From the NCBI RefSeq assembly GCF_902713615.1, contig NC_052157.1, positions 60,724,146 to 60,788,145 on the forward strand: a DNA stretch of 64,000 nt, in the 5' to 3' direction. This DNA is from Scyliorhinus canicula (taxonomy: Eukaryota). This document shows positions 1-13,018 of this stretch, piece after piece. The position numbers and the translations under genes are program-made. The notes beneath the pieces were generated by a model. That model had not been told where the DNA came from. It was given only the letters and a program-made list of their open reading frames with translations, and made no database searches. Within the stretch, counting starts at the first letter, position 1, and each line of letters starts with the position of its first letter.

Positions 1-319
1 GAGGCCGGCCCGCTGATCGGTGGGCCTTGATCGCAGGGCAGATGCCTTCGGAGGCCCCCCCCCCCCCCGGTGAAGAAGCCCCCCCCCCCTCCGAGCGTTC
101 CCACCAGCAGCAACCAGGGGGTGAACGGCTGCTGCTCGGCCCCTCTGGGCTGGTGAATCGGTGACCCCGCCGATTCCAGTGGCCCGCAGCCAGCGCCGCG
201 CCAAACACGCCGGCGCAAATGCCGCCGATTCTCCGCACCTCGGAAAATAGCGCAACGGTGTCGGGGAGTCGTGGTGCGGTTGCTCCAATTCTCCGGCCCG
301 GGGCTCGGAGAATCGTCCC
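1..319. mobile_element. GC-rich non-autonomous DNA transposon (Harbinger-type MITE), right part only
   Basis: Ends in GGAGAATCGTCCC, the same terminus as other copies in the window (GGGCGGGATTCTC...GAGAATCCCRCCC); left end lies outside the window. Confidence 0.65.
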
Positions 320-321
320 CT

Positions 322-950
322 CTTTTTTTCTGAAAATTATACTTTATTCATAAAATCTCTAATAAACATTACAGAACATTTCAAATTGTTATGACTGTAC
401 ATTGCCTCCAAAGTTACATATTCACTTGCCTTTCTTGCATTCAATTGGGATAACATTCCACACATTTTCCTGTTTACGTTACAATTCTTTCTTAAATATT
501 TACATCGTCATGTTTCTTTCAATACTTTTATACATTGGAGTATTAATGACCCAGACCGAGGGGCTTTACACTGTTACCCACCCCTCGGCGTACATTTGTT
601 GGTAAGACCTCACACAGTGGCATTTCCCCATTGCGCCTTGGCGGCAGCAGCCCCAAGCTTCAGTGCATCCCTCAGCACGTAGTCCTGAACCTTGAAATGT
701 GCCAGTCTGCAATACTCGGTCGAGAACAATTCTTTGCACTAGAAGATCAGCAAGTTTCGGGCAGGCCAAAGAGCGTCTTTCACTGAGTTGTTGACCCTCC
801 AGCAGCAGTTGATGTTTGTCTCGGTGTGTGTCCCTGGAAACAGTCCATAGAGCACAGAGTCCTGTGTCACAGAGCTGCTCGGGATGAACCTTGACAAATA
901 CCACTGCATCTCTCTCCAGACCTTCTTTGCAAAGGCACATTCTGCAAGGA
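322..950 (-). mobile_element. 3' end of a Tx1/L1-clade LINE (ORF2 C-terminus, 3'UTR, poly-A)
   Basis: Minus-strand peptides AECAFAKKVWREMQWYLSRFIP...NSVKDALWPARNLLIF; AATAAA followed by an A-tail at 322-350 on the minus strand. Confidence 0.75.
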
Positions 951-1261
951 TTCTTCCAGGCAATCGGCTTCTCCCTATAAATACAGAATTGTTGGCGGCC
1001 GTGGATCCGCGACCCACCCGCTGGTGGTGACCCACATTTCGAAGAGGCTCAGTCTTCAATTGCTTTGGTTGTTCAGATCAGAAACCAAGTTTAAAGAGAG
1101 GATTTTATCCATAATAAATAAATTGAATATTTACAGTAGTAATTGTGTACACCCATTGAGAAATCTGACAAGCACGGTTTGGAGTAAAGATTTCAGTGTT
1201 GTACCAATTCTGAGATTTAATGATTCATATACAAAAGCAACATTTAAATATTCAGATATAT

Positions 1262-1458
1262 CTTCATAGATCACTGCTTTTGGCCTTCTGGAAAGCTCCG
1301 TGTGTCACACACGCACTGCCCAGTGTAATTGGGGTTGGAAGAGGATGCATTTAATGTTGGACAAATTGGTTCTGCTGAGAACTTCATTGTTTGTGATGTA
1401 GTCCTGCCATCTGCTGTTCACGATGGATCGAGGACAGGGTTGATGGAAGCTGTCCATT
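1262..1458 (-). mobile_element. RTE-clade LINE fragment
   Basis: Translates to MDSFHQPCPRSIVNSRWQDYITNNEVLSRTNL, typical of the RTE post-RT region. Confidence 0.6.
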
Positions 1459-3339
1459 TGGTTTTTTCAAAGGAATATTTTTATTGAAGGCATTTTATAC
1501 AAAAATATAAACATATATACAAAAATATACAAGTCAAACCCTGACAACAGCGAACAAAAACAAAAATCCCCCCCCCCCCCATCTCTCAGTAACCCCAACC
1601 CCACCTCTCTCTTTCCCTTCACTTCACACCCTCCCCCCCCAAACAAAACAAACCACCCATATTCTCCTCCACCCCCCCCCCCCCCCCCCCTCTCAAATCA
1701 CTCTGAAGAAGTTGATAAACGGCCTCCACCTCAGGGCAAACTCCTCTTTCACTTCACGTATACTAAAGGTAACTTTTTCCAGGTGCACAGGTTCTGCCAG
1801 GTCACTCACCCTTACCCACACCTTTGGCACCAACTCAACAAAATCCCTCTCTGGGCAATCAGGGAGGCAAAGGCCAAAACATCGGCCTCTCTTCCCACCT
1901 GAACTCCCAGATCTTTCGACACTCTGAATATTGCCACCTCCAGACTCGGAGCCACCCCTACGCCCAGAGTTCAGACATTACTTCCAAAATCTCCTTCCAA
2001 AACCCCCTCAACCTCGGACGTGGCCAGAAAATATGCACATAATTTCCTCCACCCCCCCCCCCCCCCCCCCCCCCCCTTGTACACCGCCTACGCCTAATCC
2101 CCCACCTCAGAAAAGAACCGTCCCATCCCCGCGAATGTCTCATGGGCTCTGTGCACCATCTCAAATTAGATGAGGTTTAACCTCGCACACAACGAGGAAG
2201 CATTCACCCTCAGCAAGGCATCCCTCTACACCCTGGCCCTCAACTCTTCCTGCCACTTGTCTCTGACCTCCTCCACAAGAGCCCCCTCCCTATCCATCAG
2301 CTTTCCCGATATATCTGCCACAATTCCCATCCGATGTCTTCCTCGGACAACAACTTGTCTTGCAGCACCGGAGGTGGCAGCTCCTGAAAGGGTGGCATCC
2401 CTTTTCTAACAAAGTCCCTCACCTGCAGGTATCTGAACCTGTTTTCCAGCAACTGATACTTCTCCTCCAGGCCAGCAAAGATTCCTCCCATAGGCAAGTT
2501 CCTGAAGTACTCTATCCCCACCTGTCGCCACTCACGGAAACTTGTGACCAGCCCGTCCGGCGCAACCCTGTGCTTGCTACATATCGTTGACACACAGACA
2601 TGCCTTCCAGTCCGAAGTGTTGCCCTCACTGGTTCCAAACCCTCGATGCTGATACCATCATTGGAGTATCGGACCGGCGAGAATGGAAGTTTGCTCCAAC
2701 AACAGTGCCCGCAAACTGGTCCCCCTACACGACCCTGCCTCCACCGTCCCCAGACCAACCCCTCCTCCACCACCCATTTCCGAATCATTGCAATGTTTGC
2801 TGCCCAGTAGTCATTTAAGAGGCTCAGCAAAGCCAGCCCCCCCCCCCCCACCCCCAGCCTTGTTGATCCCTTTACAGAAACACCCTCCTTACCAGTGGGG
2901 CCTTCCCCGCCCACAAGAACCTCAAAATCATCCCATTCACCTTTCTAAACAAGAGCTTAGGAATAAAGATGGAGAGGCTCTGAAATACGAAAAGGAACTT
3001 GGGCAGCACTGCCACTTTTACCGTCTGTACACGCCGTGCAAAAGGGCAACGCATCCCATCTCTGAGATCCACCTTCATACACCTCCACCAATTGCGCCAA
3101 GTTCAACTTATGCTGCTGGGCCCAACTCTGTCCCACCTGTATCCCAAGATGGCGGAAACTCAACCCTACCACCCGGAACGGCAACTCCCTCAGCTTCCTT
3201 TCCTGCCCCCTGGCATTTATCGGGAACAGCTTGCTTTTTCCCCTATTCAATTGTAATCTGAGAAATGGGCAAACTCCTCCAGGATCCCCATGATCCCATA
3301 CAAATTCCCCACCAGGTCACCTGCACATAAAGAGACGCT

Positions 3340-4007
3340 GGGCGGGATTCTCAGATAATGGGGCTATGTCCCCCAAGCTGGCGGGAAAACCGGCGGCAAC
3401 TACTCCGGCATCAACAGCCCCTGAAAGTGAGGAATTCTCCAATTTCCCGGGGGCTACGTTGACGCCGGAGTGATTGGCGCCGCTCTAGCTGGCGCGAGTT
3501 CACGCATGCGCGGAACGGCTCGCGTGATCTCGCACATACGCGGACTGGCCGGCGTATTTCCGCACATGCGCAGACTGGCCGGGGTTCCCCTCTCCGCGCT
3601 GGCCCCGGGCAATACGGCGGAGCCCTACAGGGGTCTTGCGCGGAGGACCCGCCCACAGATTGGTAGGCCCCGATCCTGGGCCAGGCACCATGGGGGGCCC
3701 CCCCAGGGTCGGATTCCCCCATACCCCCCCAGGACCCCCCCCCCCCCCCCCGCAGACTTACCTGCCAGGTCCTGCCGTGCGTAAGCTGAGTAATTCACGC
3801 CGGCGGGACTGGCCAAAACTACGGCAACTTGGCCCACCGGGGGGGCCACTGTCAACGGCCCCTGACCGGCGTGGCGGTAATCCCACCGGCCCCTGAAAAA
3901 CAGCGCCGGAGAATAGGGCAGCCGGCATCGGGACGGGATTCGCGCCTCCCCCCCCCCCCCCCTCCGAGGCTTCTCCGACCCAGTGCAGGGTCGGGGAATC
4001 TCGGCCC
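3340..4007. mobile_element. Harbinger-type MITE inserted in L1 RT
   Basis: Termini GGGCGGGATTCTC / GGGAATCTCGGCCC; interrupts L1 codons G-V-K-H|R-V-S-L-Y at a CTG-like site. Confidence 0.7.
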
Positions 4008-5395
4008 ATGTGTTTGACCCTTCCCCGGTCAATCCCCTTCCACCATCCCCACCACCACCTAAGCACTACTGCTAATGACTCTATCGCAAAAAGCAGCAGT
4101 GAGAGCGGACACTCCTGCCTTGATCCCCGGTGTACCCCAATGTATTCCAAGCTAATCCTATTCACCAGGACACTAGCCTTCAGTGCCTTATACAACAGCC
4201 GAATCCAATCCACAAACCCAAACCGACCCAACACCTCCAACAGATATGCCCACTCAACCCGGTCAAACACCTTCTCCGTGTCCATTGCCACCACCACTTC
4301 CACTTCCTGCCCCTCTGAGGGCAGCGTAATCATGTTGAGCAGTCTGCGTTCATTTGCTGACAGCTGTTGCTGCTTCATGAACTCCGTCTGGTCCTCTCCT
4401 ATCACTTCCAGCATACACTCCTCTATCCGTGATGCCAACACCTTTGCATCCACATTTAACAATGAAATTGGACGATATGACCGACACTTCTCCGGGTCTT
4501 TGTCCTTCTTTAAAATCAGTGCTCTGGATGCCTGTGACAACGTTGGGGGCAGGGTGGGTTGGAGAGAGCTTCCCCCCTTGCCATCGACTTGTTGTACACC
4601 CCAACAAGCAGAGGCCCCAGCTCCGACCCAAATTTCTCATAAACTTCGGCTGGAAACCCATCTGGACCGGGGGCCTTCCCCGCCTACAATGAACCCAAAC
4701 AGTCCATCGCCCTCTCTCAGTCCAGTCGGGGCCTAATCCCTGCACCTTCACCTCCTCCACTCTGGGGAACTCTAGCCCGACCAAAAATTGCCTCATACCC
4801 TCCTCCCCGGTCAGAGGCTCTGATTCATACAGGATAAGGCCGCAAAGACCCCATTCCCCATACTCCTAAAGCATCCCGCTGGCCAGCCGCAGCTGCCCTA
4901 CCGTCTTTCCCGTGGATACCAGCCCAAACTCCATCTGGAGCCTCTCTCCATTAGCGATGCCTCCTCCGGTGACACCAAATATCTCTGGTCCACCCTCAGG
5001 ATTTCCTCAACTAACCTCAGCCTATCCTCCCGTTCCACTTTCTCCGTATGTGCCCGAATCAAAATAAATTCACCCCTTACTACCGTCTTCAATGCCTCCC
5101 ACAGCGTGGAGGTCGTGACCTCTCCTGTATTATTCAATTCCACATAATTTTGAATGGCCACCCTCACCCTCTTATAGGCCCCCTTGTCTACCAGCAATCC
5201 CACATCCAGCCTCCACTGTGGCTGATATTCTCTCTGCACCACACGCAGATCCCCCTAATGCGATGCGTGGTCAGAAACCACCACCGCCAAATACTCTGAA
5301 TCAACCCCCGCCAACAGCTTCTAATCCAGTACAAAGAAATCAATCCAGGAGTACACTCGGTGCACATGTGAAAAGTACAAAACTCCTTTGGCCTC

Positions 5396-5698
5396 TGTGG
5401 TGGTATGACTAGGAGGTTTACGGTACCTCTGAGTAGTGCTGCCATTGGTGCAGAGGACTCGCTGTCCATTGGCTCAGGCCGGTCATGTGCCTCTCTGCCG
5501 ATTGGCTGAGGCTTGTCATGTGACTGCTCGCCGATTGGCCGAGAGGCAAGTAGTCCCGCCTATGAGACGGGGTATAAGAACCCGTCAGACCCGGCAGTCG
5601 GCCTTTCTCTGTAAGTCGACTGCCGGGCACACAACTAGTTCATTAAAGCCTGATATTTGGAACTTCATCACGACTCGAATCCAATTGATGGTACATCA
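5396..5698 (+). repeat. 5' LTR of the Gypsy element
   Basis: Direct repeat of 10354-10656 (about 19 mismatches in 303 bp by eye); TATAAG and ATTAAA inside. Confidence 0.92.
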
Positions 5699-5721
5699 AT
5701 TTAATGAACTAGAATTTTGAA

Positions 5722-6669
5722 ATGCAGCTTTGGATCAAACCAGACTGCCTCCGCATCAGCCCGCATGCTACAAACGCATCAGCAACCGTTAAACATTGGC
5801 TGGCGTGTTTCAACAGCTACCGCACCACCACAGACAGCCAACCCACCAAGGAGCAGAAACTCCACATCCTCAACTCGTGCGTGGGCACCGCCGTCTACTC
5901 GATGATTGAGGACGAACAAGACTATGACGCGGCCATGGATCTTCTGAAAGGACATTTCCTCAGGCCTGTTAACCAAGTCTATGCACGGCATCTCCTGGCT
6001 ACAAGGCAACAGTTCCCCGGCGAGTCCCTTGATGAATATCGGGCCCTCGTTGTCTTGGGGAGAAATTGCGCCTGCCCGCAAGTTACTGCGGTAGAACACA
6101 CTGAACTGCTAATTCGGGATGCCTTCGTTGCAGGCATGCAACCTTCTGCAATACGCCAGCGACTACTAGAAAAGGACACTTTAAGCCTCGCTGAGGCACG
6201 GACCCTCGCATCCTCTCTGGAGGTTGCCGACCGAAACGCCCACGCATATGCCCCCGGCCGCGCGGCAGCCCCTTGGGCAACGTGGCACGCAACAGCTATG
6301 TCCCCCGCTGACTCTGACCCCCCCAGGCCTGCGCTGCGGGACGCCCCGATAAGCTCACGGGGCCCCGCTGTTACTTCTGTGGCCTGGCCAAGCACTCCCG
6401 CCCGCGCTATCCGGCTCGCTCCGCAGTCTGTAAGAGCTGCGGTAAAAAAGGTCACTATTCAGTGGCCTGTCAATCAAAGTCGGTCGCTGCTGTTCCGCCC
6501 AGCGACCGCGGATCACCCCCCAGCGCTCCCCCAGGGCCCCACGCAGCACACAGACCTCTCTGCCCCCGCTCCCGGCAACGACGAGCGACCCACGGACCTC
6601 TCTGCCCCCGCTCCCGGCCACCACGAGCGACCCACGGACCTCTCTGCCCCTGCCTCTAGCCACGGGTGA
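5722..6669 (+). pseudogene. gag: Gypsy gag; C-terminal part frameshifted, with 45-bp and ~39-bp tandem repeats
   Basis: ORF MQLWIKPDCLRISP...LIRDAFVAGMQPSAIRQRLLE immediately after the 5' LTR. Confidence 0.75.
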
Positions 6670-7294
6670 CCCACGGGCGCCACCATTTTGGGTCCCGGAC
6701 GCCACATGTGGGTCCCAGGCACCGCCATCTTGGGGCCCCGACTCCACGTGTGGGTCCTGGGCGCCGCCATCTTGGGGCCCTGACTCCACGTGCGGCCGAC
6801 GGGCGCCGCCATTTTGGGCCAGCACAGAGGACCCCACCAGTGACTACTCCACAGGCGAAGACGACCCAGACCTCCTGCCACGACTCGCTGCAGTGACTCT
6901 CGGTCAGTCGCGACCCCGCACGCTCTCCACGGCGACGACACAGATACTTCTCAATGGACACGAAACGAGCTGCCTATTAGACTCCGGGAGCACAGAGAGT
7001 TTTGTCCAGCCCGATACGGTAAGACGCTGCACGTCCTGTTCACCCAGTCAAGCATAAGATCGCTCTAGCTTCAGGTTCGCACTCCGTCCACATCACCGGG
7101 TGCTGCGTAGCGGACCTCACGGTCCAGGGGAGGGTTTTTAAAAATTACAAACTCTTCGTCCTCCCCCACCTCTGCGCACCGGCACTCTTAGGACTGGATT
7201 TCCAGTGCAACCTGTAGAGCTTGACCTTTACATTCAGCGGCCCTATTCCCCCCCCCCCCCCCCCCTTACTGTCTGCAGCCTCGCGTCCCTCAAA

Positions 7295-7651
7295 GGGGCA
7301 GCATGGTAGCATTGTGGATAGCACAATCGCTTCACAGCTCCAGAGTCCCAGGTTCGATTCCGGCTTGGGTCACTGTCTGTGCGGAGTCTGCACATCCTCC
7401 CCGTGTGTGCGTGGGTTTCCTCCGGGTGCTCCGGTTTCCTCCCACAGTCCAAAGATGTGCAGGTTAGGTGGATTGGCCATGATAAATTTCCCTTAGTGTT
7501 CAAAATTGCCCTTAGTGTTGGATGGGGTTACTGGGTTAGGGGATAGGGTGGAGGTGTTAACCTTAGGTGGGGTGCTCTTTCCAGGAGGCGGTGCAGACTC
7601 GATGGGCCGAATGGCCTCCTTCTGCACTGTAAATTCTATGTAAAAAAAAAA
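7295..7651 (+). mobile_element. tRNA-derived shark-type SINE (HE1/SacSINE1-like) with CR1-type tail, inserted in Gypsy pol
   Basis: GGGGCAGCATGGTAGC head, GGTTCGATTCC B-box, ATTCTATG tail then A-run. Confidence 0.85.
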
Positions 7652-7670
7652 GTGGACCCCCCCCCCTTCC

Positions 7671-10155
7671 TTGTTTGCGAACCTCACCCCGGATTGCAAA
7701 CCCGTCATCACTAGGAGCAGACTATACAGTGCCCAGGGCCGGACTTTCATCAGGTCCGAGGTCCAGAGGCTACTAAAGGAAGGAGTCATCAAGGCCAGCA
7801 ACAGTCCCTGGCGAGCCCAAGTGCTGGTAGTTCGGACTGGCGAGAAAAACCGAATGGTCATTGACTAGAGTCAGACCATCAACAGGTTTGGCAGCTGGAT
7901 GTGTATCCTCTCCCTCGTATTTCCGACCCGGTTAACAGGATCGTGAAGTACAAAGTCTTCTCCACGGTGGACCTTAAGTCCACCTATCATCAGCTACCCT
8001 TCCGCGTGAGTGACCGCAAGTACACCGCGTTTGAGGCAGATGGACGCCTCTATCACTTTCTAAGGGTTCCATTCGGTGTCACAAATGGGGTCTTGGTCTT
8101 CTAACGGGAGATGGACCGAATGGTTGACCAGTACGGTTTCCGGGCGACCTTCCCGTATCTCGATAACGTCACCATCTGCGGCCACGACCAGCAGGACCAT
8201 GACATCAACCTCCAAAAATTCCTCTGTACCGCAAAACTCCTTAACCTCACATATAATAAGGATAAGTGTGTGTTTAGCACCGACTGTCTAGCCATCCTCG
8301 GCTATGTAGTGCGTAACGGTGTGAGAGGCCCCGATCCTGAACGCATACGTCCCCTGATGGAACTCCCTCTCCCCAACTCCCTCAAAGCCCTCAAACGCTG
8401 TCTGGGGTTCTTTTCTTATTATGCCCAGTGGGTCCCGAACTACGCCGACAAAGCCCGCCCCCTCATCCAATCCAACACTTTTCCACTGTCGATGGAGGCC
8501 CCACAGGCCTTTAGCCGCATCAAAGCGGATATCGCAAAGGCCATGATGCGCACTATTGACGAGTCCCTCCCATTCCAGGTCGAGAGCGACGCGTCTGACG
8601 CAGCTCTGGCGGTCACCCTGAACCAAGCGGGCAGACCCGTGGCCTTCTTCTCCCGGACCCTCCACGCTTCCGAACTCCGCCATTCCTCGGTGGAAAAGGA
8701 GGCACAGGCCATAGTTGAAGCTGTGCGACAATGGAGGCACTATCTGGCCGGCAGGAGGTTTGCCCTCCTCACAGACCAACGGTCAGTAGCCTTTATGTTT
8801 GATAATGCACAGAGGGGCAAGATCAAGAACGACAATATCTTGCAGTGGCGGATCGAGTTGTCCACGTACAACTACGATATCTTGTATCGTCCCGGGAAGC
8901 TCAACGAGCCTCCTGATGCCCTGTCCCGCGGTACCTGCGCCAGCCGCAGGTTGACCGCCTCCGGACCCTCCACGCGGACCTCTGCCATCCAGGGGTATCC
9001 CGCTTCTATTGCTTCATCAAGACCCGCAACCTTCCCTACTCCATTGAGGAGGTCAGGACCGTGACCAGGGACTGCCACATTTGCGCAGAGTTCAAACCGC
9101 ACTTCTACCGCCCCGAGCAAGCGCACCTGGTAAAGGTGTCCCGCCCTTTCGAACGTCTTAGTATGGACTTCAAGGGTCCCCTCTCCTCCAACAACCGCAA
9201 CACCTACTTCTTAAGTGTGATTGACGAGTACTTCCGCTTCCCTTTCGCCATCCCCTGCCCCGACATGACCACGACAACCATCATCAAGGCCCTCCTCTCC
9301 ATTTTCTCCCTGTTCGGTTACCCCGCGTACATCCACAGCGACCGGGGGTCCTCTTTTATGAGCGACGAACTGCGTCAATTCCTGCTCAGCAGGGGCATCG
9401 CCTCTAGCAGGACGACCAGTTATAATGCTCGGGGTAACAGGCAGGTCGAGCGGGAGAATGGCACAGCCTGGAAGACCGTCCTACTGGCCCTACGGTCCAG
9501 AAATCTCCCTATCTCCCACTGGCAAGAGGACATCCCCGACGCCCTCCATTCAATTCGGTCTCTCCTCTGCACTGCCACGATCCAAACACCTCATGAACGT
9601 CTTCTTGTTTTCCCTCGGAAGTCATCCTCAGGATCCCCACTCCCGACCTGGCTGGCCACCCCCGGGCCCATCTTACTCCCGAAGTATGTGCGGGTGCACA
9701 AGTCCGACCCATTGGTTGAACGAGTCCAGTTACTCCACGCCAACCCGCAGTACGCGTACGTGGAGTATCCTGACGGTCGGCAGGACACGGTCTCCCATCG
9801 AGACCTGGCACGCGCCGGCGTGCGGCCTCGACCCCCCACACCACCACCCTCCTCCCAGTCCCCCCCCCCCCCCGGTGCCCCCAGCGCCCCCGCAACCCAG
9901 CGCACAGGAACCCCCTCCCTCGGCCAGAGCTTTGCTAGCGCCGACCAGGGGTACGGGCACAGGATCACGACCGCCGCTCCCGGAGTCAAGGACGGCCACC
10001 GGCCCGACGTCACCGTCACCGCTGCGACGGTCCAGCAGAACATCGAGGGTGCCCGACAGACTGATCGCGTCGATCTGATGTTCCACTGGACTTTTCTCGA
10101 ACTCCTCGTGTCATTCAGAGTTCCAATGTACAAGTTGCACATTTTTCTCATTTAA
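7671..10155 (+). pseudogene. pol: Gypsy pol (RT-RNase H-integrase) broken by stops and frameshifts
   Basis: NSPWRAQVLVV, FSTVDLKSTYHQL, FPYLDNVTICG, LESDASD-like RNase H motif (VESDASD), MDFKGP, HSDRGSSF, VERENG in successive frames. Confidence 0.88.
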
Positions 10156-10353
10156 AAAAATACTTTGTTTACTGTTCATTGCTGTTCATTGCATCTGCAC
10201 AGTCGTTGCGAGCCAGTGGGCAGCCACCAGTTATCTCGGGACACCTCGTTCTTTCTGGTCATACCACCAGTCCAACAGCCCTCCCTCCCCCACCTTTGAC
10301 TTACTCCTGCTCAACCCCCCCCCCCCCCGGCTTCTTTCTCCATAAGGGGTGAA

Positions 10354-10656
10354 TGTGGTGGTATGACTAGGAGGTTTACGGTACCTCTGAGTAGTGCTGC
10401 CATTGGTGCAGAGGACTCGCTGCCTATTGTCTCAGGCCGGTCATGTGCCTCTCTGCCGATTGGCTGAGGCTAATCATGTGACTGCTCACTGATTGGCCGA
10501 GAGGCAAGTAATCCCGCCTACGAGGCAGGGTATAAGAACCCGTAGGACCCGGCAGTCGGCCTTTCTCTGTAAGTCAACTGCCGGATACACAACTAGTTCA
10601 TTAAAGCCTGATATTTGGAACTTCATCACGCCTCAAGTCCAATTGATGGTACATCA
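10354..10656 (+). repeat. 3' LTR of the Gypsy element
   Basis: Direct repeat of 5396-5698, preceded by a PPT. Confidence 0.92.
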
Positions 10657-11411
10657 ATCTCCCAAACTGCCATGTGTCCATAAACCCCATCAACTCTTTC
10701 ACTGTAGCCAAAACTTTCAGGGACCTCGGGCACGACCGGTGTAACCCAGGATCCTGAACCATAATCAGCCGATGCATGTCCGGGTCCGGAATCTTCCCTA
10801 AAAACCCATTTCAAAAATTCCACATCATCCCAATTTGGGGCATAAACATCCACATCATCCCAGTTTGTGGCATAAACATTCATTATAGGCATCCCTCCAA
10901 CTTCCTGCTAACCATCACATACCTGCCCTCCCAGGTCGACTACGATGCTGCTGACCTCAAAGGCAGTATGACCACCACTGCCTCTTCCCGCGTCTCCTTT
11001 TCCAACCTCGAGTGAAACACCTACCCCACCCACCCCTTCCTTAGCCACGTTTGATCCCCCAGCTTCAGATGCGGGTCCTGAAGAAACATGACGTCCACCT
11101 TCAAATTTTAAGTGTGCGAAAACGCGCGACCATTTAGCCAGCCCATGTACATTCCACATCATCAACTGTGTCGGGGGTCTACCTGCTCCCTCCCCCTTCC
11201 TTGCCAGTCAGCCATTTCCCTTCTTTACCCAGCTCCATCCAGTCTCAGCTCCCCTCCATGTCCTCCCCAAGATGTCCACTGCAATCCCTCCTTAACTAAC
11301 TGCGCCACACCAACATTTCCCACCAACATCCTTCCCCATCCCCCATAACCAAACAAAAAAAAAAAAAACCACCCCCCTCCTGTCAAAGCCCACTTCACTC
11401 CTGTTAACTAG

Positions 11412-12280
11412 TGTTGGTCGTTCTGGGCGAGTGTGCTGAACACTCAATTTGGCTCTGTTTCTTTTCTAAGCTCTGGAGTCGCCAGGTGTCGTTAAGACAC
11501 TCCCACAAGCTTCCAGGTGAGGTTCAAAGCAATAAAACCGTACACCAATTAGTAAGTCCAAACAACTGAGTTTATTATAAAACAATTATAATAACTACCC
11601 ATGCACACGCTAAAAGGATTAAACTTACTCCAACCGCTAAATAACTAATACTTATCTCGAAGGAACTGCTGGGTCAGAGAACAAGGCCTCTTGCTCTGCT
11701 CTGGTCTGCAGACTTGAGGTTGGTATCAATTAAAAAGGGGTCAGGAGTGCCTATCTCTAGTAGCGATCGTTGGGAGGCACTTACTTGTTGGTGGCTGCTG
11801 TCCGAAGGCTGGAGCAGAAGACTGAACCATGTGTGGGACCTTTCTTTTATAGGTCCCAGGGGATCCGCGCCCCTTTGGGCGGACTCCTTTACCTGCTTGG
11901 AATCAATTGGGTCTCTTCCCAATCGATATGTTTGAACCCCCCAATCATGGGGCAGTTCCTCGGTCACTGGGGCGGTTCTTGGGACTTATTGTTTTGGGCT
12001 TCTCTGGCGCCAAAGGGTCTGGCCTTCCATAGAATGTATCGATCTGTGTTTAACTTATTTCCACTGTATCTGGGGATCGCCCGGTTTCGCCTCATTAGTA
12101 TGTTAACTGGTTTCTTTTCACAGTGCTGTCTGGTTTCTGCAACAGTCAAAACTGGTTTCTGCAGTCGTCCCAATATACAATTGCTTTGCAAGCTGCTTGC
12201 TTTACAACATTTACGTTTTCCCTGCATTCCTTGCAAATCTTCCAGTTTGTGTTGGGCAGTGGCCACCCCAGGTGGCTACA
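11412..12280 (-). mobile_element. Solo LTR (TGTAGCCACC... family)
   Basis: TG...CA termini, perfect 4-bp TSD CTAG; homologous to LTRs at 25539, 46660 and 54031. Confidence 0.85.
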
Positions 12281-12334
12281 CTAGTCAACCAGCTGTCGTT
12301 GGTGGTCCCCGCCGTTCGCTTCTGCCAACTCCCC

Positions 12335-13018
12335 TCCCCCCTGCCGGGTCGGAGAATCGCCGGGGGAGTGGCGTGAATCCCACCCCGCTGCCTGCCGAAT
12401 TCTCCGCGCCAGGGATTTGGCGGGCATGGGAATCGCGCTACGCCGGTCGGCGGCCGCTCGCAGCGGCCCCCTGGCGTTTCTGCGGCCGGTAATGGGCTGA
12501 GTGGCCACCCGTTTCTGGCCAGTCCCACTGGCGTATATTGCACCAGGTATTTGCCGGCTGGACCTGGCTGCGCGGACGGCCTCCAGGGTCCTCGGTGGGG
12601 CGATCTGGCCCCCGAAGGTGCCTCCACGGTGGCCTGGCCTGCGATCAGGGCCCACCGATCCGCGGGTGGGCCTGTGCCATGGGGGCACTCTATTCTTCCG
12701 CGTCGGCCGCTGTGGACCTTTGCTACGACCGATGCGGAGATGAACCCCCCGTGCATGCGCTGGGATATCGCCAGCACACGCTGGTGCTCCAGTGCATGCG
12801 CAAACTCGTGTCGGCCGGCGGAGGCCCTTCGGCGCTGGTTGGCGTGGCGCCAAGCCCCTTCCCCACCGGCCGGCGTGGCGCAAACCACTCCGCCGCTAGC
12901 CTAGCCCCTGAAGGTGCGGAGCATTCCGCACCTTTGGGGTGGCCTGATGCCGGAGTGGTTAACACCACTCCTCGGCACCGGAGTTGCCCGCCCCACCGAT
13001 TCCCGCAGAATCCCACCC
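12335..13018. mobile_element. Harbinger-type MITE
   Basis: Right end GAATCCCACCC followed by CTG; subterminal GGAGAATCGCCGG motif; left end imprecise. Confidence 0.6.

Larger units (their letters stand above)
5396..10656 (+). mobile_element. Full-length Gypsy/Ty3 LTR retrotransposon (defective)
   Basis: Two 303-bp LTRs (TG...CA), gag, RT (YLDN), RNase H, integrase, and PPT AAGGGGTGAA before the 3' LTR. Confidence 0.92.

Noticed and set aside
5648-5690. Hammerhead ribozyme in the LTR (CTGATAT...GAAT)
   Set aside because: Core deviates from CUGAUGA/GAAA and is not conserved in the related LTRs
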